DNA of 64,000 nt from Callorhinchus milii (taxonomy: Eukaryota). The notes under the pieces are model-generated. The model did no database searches and was not told where the DNA came from. It was given only the letters and a program-made list of their open reading frames with translations. How positions within the stretch are numbered: position 1 is the first letter of the stretch; the number at the start of each line of letters is the position of its first letter. The stretch spans positions 50,036,001-50,100,000 of the forward strand of contig NW_024704743.1 in NCBI RefSeq assembly GCF_018977255.1. Reading direction: 5' to 3'. Below, in pieces: positions 37,371-64,000 of the stretch. Made by a program: the position numbers and the translations under genes.

Positions 37371-37715
37371 TATTGCCTACTGAAAGTAAAAATAGAAGGC
37401 ATCTATACTACATGGAAGCAAGAAACATTGCCATGGGGAGGAGGAGGAGTGAGAAAACAAGCAGCAATAAAAGTTAAACAGATGCTGCCTACGTTGCCAA
37501 ATCAGTTAAGTTATCTCCAAATGTCACACTGAAACTACAAAGTGCTCTGGTCAGACTGCACATTAAAAACAAAGCATACAGTTCCGGTCAACTTGACATA
37601 AGAGGGCTATCCAACCCCTAGAAGATGCAGTGAAAAGAGCACGAAGTCCAGTGCTCTGGACTGGATGAACCGGGGTAAGGTTCATCATCAAACAACAAAA
37701 CTTCTCAAAAAGGAC

Positions 37716-38043
37716 TGTAATAATAATCCTTGCATTTGATACAGCGCCATATCACGTCTTCAAGACGTTTGAAAGCGCTTCGCAGAATATACTGTAAATT
37801 GAATTGACAGTATATTTTGTGGGCGAAACACGGCAGCCAATTACACACAGTAGTGTCCCACAAGCAGTCGTGGATTATCCCCAGAAAAGCAACCCGCCAA
37901 TCAACTAACAACCAGATTCCTATTAATGCTAGGCAAACAGAGGCGTGTGGAGTAAGGAAACTTGCCCAACATTTTGCCCTGCCGGGAATCAAACCCAGGT
38001 CTCTCACGAGGCGAGTGCTCTAACCACTAAGCTACAGGACTCC
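37716..38043 (-). mobile_element. Full-length SINE, longer subfamily
   Basis: Matches 23733-24088. Confidence 0.9.
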
Positions 38044-38896
38044 ACAAATGTTCTAAGACTATTGCAGTTTATGTAATACAAATGAGATTGAAAAACTAAA
38101 AACACTATGCAGCATGAATTTAAAAATAATCGAAATCCAGGACAGAATTCATTCAGAACAATGATTTGAATTGACAAGTTGGGAGGCAATTTCGTGCAGA
38201 AGGGTGCTATACACTCTTGCTTAAGGATGCACAATTCCTTGTCTTCAGGAAATAAGGAGATCCCACTACCGCCTGCCGATTTGCTGGGCTGTGCAGAGTC
38301 CAGTAATATTAACTAGTATAACTAGTATAGTATAGCAGTGGGCAGTCCAGCAGCATCCACTGGTAAACAAGGAAATAAGCAGGTCATCAGTGGCATTTTT
38401 TAGGTGAATTTGGATAAGGGGGAATAAAAATCAGGTCGACCAGAATAAACTCCCCACTTTTCTTTAAAAAGCAGCAGGGGGAAACGGGAGAGAGGATGGA
38501 CGTGCCTATTAATAGCCACCACGGTTTATGCTTAATTATTGATGGTTATGTCGGGAATTTGTAGCTGATTTCAAAATTGGTGGGGTGAGTAAAATCAGGT
38601 GATTAGTCCAAAAAGCAGGGGCTGCCTGAAATAAACACTGTTTAAGGAATGGAAATATTGAAAGATGAGAACTAATCAATTCGTGTAAATCAATTCCTGT
38701 AGGGAGCTCAAGACTTCCTAAAAAACCTTTTAAGTGTTAAAAACTATTAAGGCTATCTTAAAATCACGAAAACACTGATTAAAAGGACTACAGGGACTTT
38801 TCCCAAGTGTCAGATACAATAACAACAACTTGGATTTATATAGCGCCCTCCACGCCGGACGGGGTCTCAATGAATGGCCAGGGCTATTGCCAATTT

Positions 38897-39255
38897 GGAG
38901 TTGTGTACCGCATTGATTAGAGCACTCGCCTTGCAAGTGAGAGGGCCCGGGTTTGATTCCCGGGCAGGGGGAATGTTGGGCAAGTTTCCTCACTTCACAC
39001 ACCTGTTTACCTAGCAGTAAGTAGGAACCCAATTGTTAATCGATTAGCAGATCACTTCCCAGAGGTAATAAACCCTTTAAAAGATGTGGTCACTCAATCC
39101 ACCATTGTTAGTGAGCCACTACTGTACACCATTGGCTGCCGTATATCACCCTACAAAACATAGTCATTTCACTTTGTAGCATATTCTGTGAAGCGCTTTG
39201 AGACTTCTCGAAGATATAAGGTGCTATATCAATGCAAGGATTATTATTATTATAA
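38897..39255 (+). mobile_element. Full-length SINE, longer subfamily, diverged
   Basis: tRNA-like head and (TTA)n tail. Confidence 0.87.
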
Positions 39256-39899
39256 TAATATGATGACAAAGTTGTGGCATCAGTACACTAGGGTGAGGAC
39301 AGGCTAATGAAAATGGACCTGAAGCTCAAAGCTGTTAACAATGTGCCTATCATTCACATCAGATGTGAATCACTCATACATGAACAGATGATGTAAATAC
39401 TGTACATTTAGACACCATAAAGGCAACGCCTTACATTATTCCATTCCTGAACTAAGCACTTCAACTGATATCATTACTATATTTATTCAAGTCTAATCCA
39501 CCTCCAAAACTAAAATTCAGGCAGATTTTAGGGATTTTTGGAGAAGAAAAACAAAACAGCTTTACTGCAATTCTAAGGCACACCCTGATTTTGGAGGCAT
39601 TTTCTGGGGGAGAAAAAATGTTTTATCTTAGAATTAAAGTAAAATAGTATATAATTTGCAGACATTCTTTTGAAAACAATTACCAATTGATTGCCACATT
39701 AAGGCAATCTAAAAATCATGAAAAGCACTTTAGGTTAAAAAATAAATTCGCCAGAATAAACGATAAATGCCCATTTCCCAATCCCTCCCCTCTTTCAAGG
39801 CAGTTCTCAAAACGTACCTCTTTGACCGCACTTTCAGTCATCATGAAAATCACGCTGATTAACAAATCTGTTTTCAGGTTTTTTTAAAAAAAACATCAG

Positions 39900-42800
39900 G
39901 GACAAGTTCCAAGATTGTCGCAAAAACTGAAAACGCAGAAACGTTGATAGGTTCATTGTACACATAGAGTACATTTATATAAAAACATATCAAATACAAT
40001 TGTTTCATTAAGTTTATTAAAAATAATCAAATAGAAAACTATACATAAAAAATATGTCAAATTTTACTTGCCGTAACAAGTTGTCCCAGCAGAGTCCTAA
40101 ACACGATTCATTTTGTACGCATGAACGCACAACCCCACAGTGGTAGTCAGGCCAAATAATTGTTCACCATGACAGAACTTGAACATGATACAGATGGTTA
40201 TCCAGCACCACAAAATACATAGCACATTTCAGATATTAACTGCATAAACCAAACCTTTGCAATGTAATGTTTTTCTGCTGTTGCCAAAGCTTATACAGCT
40301 AGATGTTATGCATCACTTAAATTAATTGAAGCAACTCACCTTTATCTTTCAGGTTTTGGTTGGTGTTGCAGTGTTTATAAGTGCCAATGGAACTTAACCA
40401 TTACCTCCTATTGTAATTTCATGAAATTAACCTATCCACTCACTTCCATTTGGTAGTTTTATTTCATACAAGTACTCACCAGACACATCTACTTATAACT
40501 CAAGTCATCAACACAACTAGCAAACAAAAATCCTCCAGATTTTCAAATTATACTTCAGATTAAATATGCCTAGAAAAAATAAAAAAATTGCAACCTAAAT
40601 AGTTATCTTCGATCTTAAACTTTGTGAATTCAGCATCTTCTGATGGTCATTTTAAAATTGAACAAATGTTTACTTGTTAAGATATCCATCAAAGACTTAT
40701 GGGAATGAAAGGTGCAAACTTTTAAATAAGTGTCACTCATCAAGTGTACTTTTTTTTAAAAAGTGAATGATCTAAAAATGGATTGCGCATTACACAGAAG
40801 TGAGGTGCCCATCAGCTATGAAAGTGCAGAGAATTGCAAGCCATTAATATATTTATTATTCTATAAACACCTCTCTAGAACAGCAATGCCCAATATATGG
40901 CATGCATGGTTAATGTGTGCTGCTAAGATATTTGTGTTTCCACAAGGTGCAGCATTCTAGTTGCAGAGTCGTTTTCTCAGAATATAAAACATTTGTGACT
41001 GCAGTTATCCTTTATTAATCTTTCAAACTTAATTCACTTGCAAGTCATATTTATGCAGATTGCTTCTTTTTTGGGGTGAGGCAAATAGTGTTTGTTCATA
41101 CTGAATACTGATCATAAGGATCCACCGAGCTGCTATATTCACACTACAATCAGTAACGAACTGAGCTGCTAACACATGGTCTCAAATTTGATGGGCACAT
41201 ATTCATCATTCAGCACTGGTATAGGGATATAGATTTCATTTGTATTCTGGTAAGGGGCAGATATCCAACAATGTGCCACATCATTTCTAAAATGTGCAGA
41301 ATAAAATGATTGAAAGATTTAGGCACATAGCTTTTGTTGTAGATTTTGAATGCAAGCATGCAGAACTGGAATGAATGAAATTTCACTGTTTTGTGATTAA
41401 AACACTCAATGTATTTCTTGGTGTAGCTTAGATTTTTAATGCCAACACATTGGATGTATCCAATTCTGAACTCAGCTCATGGGGAATATTCTCTGCAAGT
41501 TATCATGGGTTAGAGTGGAGACTTAAACCTCATTAAAAAGTGTAGTCTCCAACCTTAATAGTAAAAGTATCTACAGACTACTTGTTTGTAAAAAAAAAGC
41601 AAACTGATAAACCTACAAAATTCAACCTTGTTGCACTTGGATTACATTTTCATATCCTTGTTATTTTCATGAAATTACAGTAGCTACATAGACAAAAGTA
41701 TGGACTTTACTGGAATGTTCTGGGACAAGAGCACATAGACAGTAAACACGTTGATACAATGCAACATAAAATCATGGCAGTGAGCAATCAACACTACACT
41801 TGGCGTACAAATCATTGAGATGAAATACCCTTGTGTTGCTGAAAAGGTTGAAACTATTTAAAAAATGTCTAAATGCTTTCTCTACAAATCTCTTTATGTC
41901 ATGGCAACATTATATCAAACATAACCACCACCAACAATGGACTTCTTCCTCCATCTATTTATGTTTAGAAGAGTCACAACCCTTTTGTGAGACAGTGTCA
42001 TGTTTAATTTCAACCTAATTCAGGCAATATACAAGACAAATCCCTAGGACAACTGCGGTACATTCTTTAAAACATAGGGCTAGGCAGGCTGTAAATTTTC
42101 TCTCTTCCAAAAAGTAACAAAACAGTGGTTGTCGTGAAAAAAAATCTTGCATAGTCTAACTGTATGCATCAGTAATTTTCATTAAGTGCCAACAACACTG
42201 ATGTGTTAGATCACTGCTGTCGTACACCACAATGCTGCACCAACCCACTTCTCACAAATGCACACAGCAGATGAAGTACTGTTTCTTTTTTGCTCCTAAT
42301 AGAACGTATGCATATGAGTATACAGATTCCTTAATGGAATCAACATAATTCCTTCCACCACGTTCTGTTAGCTGGGAACATCATTCACAAATGCCATTTG
42401 GACCCCAACATTAACAGGTTACATTTCTACATCAAATGTGAACCAACACGAAACAAAGCTCTGCTAATTCACACGTTTGTTTTCTTTGAGTATGCCTCTC
42501 TAGCAAGGCTTGCGTTTCTGGCTCTTACTCAAATTGGAAGTTAGAGATTCAAGGTGACTATAACAGACCCTGAGAAAACGCAGCCCAAAACACAATTGAA
42601 GACCAAAGCAGAAGAAAGGTGGATTCAGTTATGCTAAACTCCTTTGAAAACTTCCTGTTAGTATGGAGCGTTACATTGTGTATCAAGGAGACTTAACTGC
42701 TCAACTAATTCCTTATGTTGTTAGGACACTCACCTTAAATATCAAACCTGCCAAAACTAAGAATCCTCTATAAAGTTAGATAATGCAACCCGGAAAAGGA

Positions 42801-43424
42801 TTTGTAAACTTCAAAACATTTCCCTCCTCCACTTAAATATAACTTAAACATGTGATAATAACATCATATGAAAATTAAATAAAAACTTCTGAAAACAGTT
42901 ATTGCACAAATGATACAATCTGTTCAATATGTACAGAGTAAAAAGTTCTGATATATGTATGAAACAATGACTAAGAAGTGGCAAAAAACTATTGCCATGA
43001 AAATGTCCATGTAGATCAGCCACGAAAATGACCCTTGGATTAAAGTATTCCTAAAGTTTCCTCTGCTTGTAAAGAGTTGCAGAAAGTGCCTTTCATCTGC
43101 AGTGTTGGTGGAGAAAGCTTAAAGCTCTTGCAGATCCATCACCAGAGCTGTTCCAGCAGTGAGTTGAGAACTATGGGAAGCAAAACCTCCAAATCCAATA
43201 AGGCTTCACAAATACTTAGCACAAGATGATGTTCTGTGGGATGGAGTCCAATCATCATATTGGACACATGCAAAGTCAGTTGGAGATATGAACCAATATC
43301 CACGAACTGCAGTTAAATGCTGGTCTTTATTTCCAGTCTAATGTCAAGATTATTTCCAGTCTGACGTCAAGATTATTCCACTTTAGTGTGAATACGGGAT
43401 GATTTTCCAATGGAATCACACCCC
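39900..43424 (-). other. TENT4A: Probable TENT4A 3' UTR (~3.5 kb; distal end uncertain)
   Basis: Follows the stop codon, U-rich on the minus strand, lacks the SINE/L2 copies common elsewhere; minus-strand AATAAA at 40013-40018 and other candidates at 40458-40463 and 41011-41016. Confidence 0.6.
40013..40018 (-). terminator. Candidate distal polyadenylation signal AATAAA
   Basis: tttatt on the plus strand near the end of the repeat-free block, followed by U/GU-rich sequence on the minus strand. Confidence 0.4.
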
Positions 43425-63153
<19,729 letters not shown>

Positions 63154-64000
63154 CTATAAACATAAAAAAAGACAGGTGTATTATTCACTGAAACATATGA
63201 CTGGTACATAATTCATATTCTTCTGTTCGGGTGGTCCATTCTGTTGAGGGCCAGATGAAGGATTTGAGAAATGTCTGTGGGCCACGCAATCAATATTGTG
63301 CTCTAGTAGTATCGTAGAACTAAGCATTCTGGGTTGTTACACTGCGTGAGGAGCACGATATAAATGCAAGTTGTTGTTTTAAATTGTACAACTGCATTAC
63401 GTAATTTCACTATAGATTAGTTACAATGTAAGCTTTAAATAGGCAATGTAAAATGCATGCATATTTTAAAACAATAATATCAATAAAGTACATATATGCA
63501 AGAATAATCATTAAATCCAGAGAAAACTAAATGAAAGTAAAATACTTAAATTAATTCGAATGCACAGAATTTAATACCCCTAACAATGAATAAAGTTATG
63601 ATAATCTCAAATCAAATAATATGCAAGTTAATTTTTATGTATTAAAATCAAAATACAACATAACAACTCATCATATGAAGTCTATGGAATTGCCAGGCAT
63701 AGAGTACATGGTGTCACTCGGTCACGTGTCTTGGTAGCCTGGCACAGGGAGTGAGGAGGCGGTCACCGATTGGGGAGCACGGGGAGTGGAGGTCACAAAT
63801 ACTCAATTTGGGCACCCAGGTAGAGATTGAGGGCAGGGGGCATTGATAACAACAGTCCGGGCAATGGCCACCAGTGTCAAACCATTTCCTGAAAGAACAT
63901 TCCAACATTAATTTGAATTCAAAATCTTGGGAGAGCATGGCCTTGCTGAAAGTGAAAGATTAAAGGTTGAGGACAGCACCGGGCTTGGTGGTGATGCTCT

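Noticed and set aside
1..39000. ADCY2 coding exons expected from synteny
   Set aside because: No adenylyl cyclase-like peptide found in the ORF track or in my reading
39352..39370. Short palindromes (also 6410-6429 and ~29639-29655)
   Set aside because: 8-9 bp arms are expected by chance in 64 kb of AT-rich DNA

Overview
Vertebrate genomic DNA, most likely a cartilaginous fish (the dominant tRNA-derived SINE resembles the elephant shark/chimaera family; species inferred, not proven). The right third (43425-63153, minus strand) holds the last 11 coding exons (505 aa + stop, all GT-AG, frame-consistent) of TENT4A/PAPD7, a non-canonical poly(A) polymerase; its first exons lie beyond the window end. 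A ~3.5 kb SINE/L2-free stretch, the probable 3' UTR, follows at ~39.9-43.4 kb. The rest is repeat-rich: tRNA-Ala-derived SINEs, Deu-domain SINEs, L2 and CR1 LINE fragments, an old Tx1/L1-like family and a Penelope-like end. Most interesting: (1) a CpG-rich island at ~15.6-17.05 kb with minus-strand splice sites suggesting an unrecognised spliced transcript, possibly encoding a ~102-aa transmembrane microprotein; (2) an abutting 4.9 kb strand-asymmetric minisatellite; (3) a 515 bp near-identical inverted duplication bracketing an apparently inverted 4.8 kb block next to a 25-N gap; (4) a decayed hammerhead ribozyme; (5) two long hairpins; (6) candidate NAGNAG and NMD-coupled alternative splice sites in TENT4A. 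Repeat family names come from motif recognition, not database searches.
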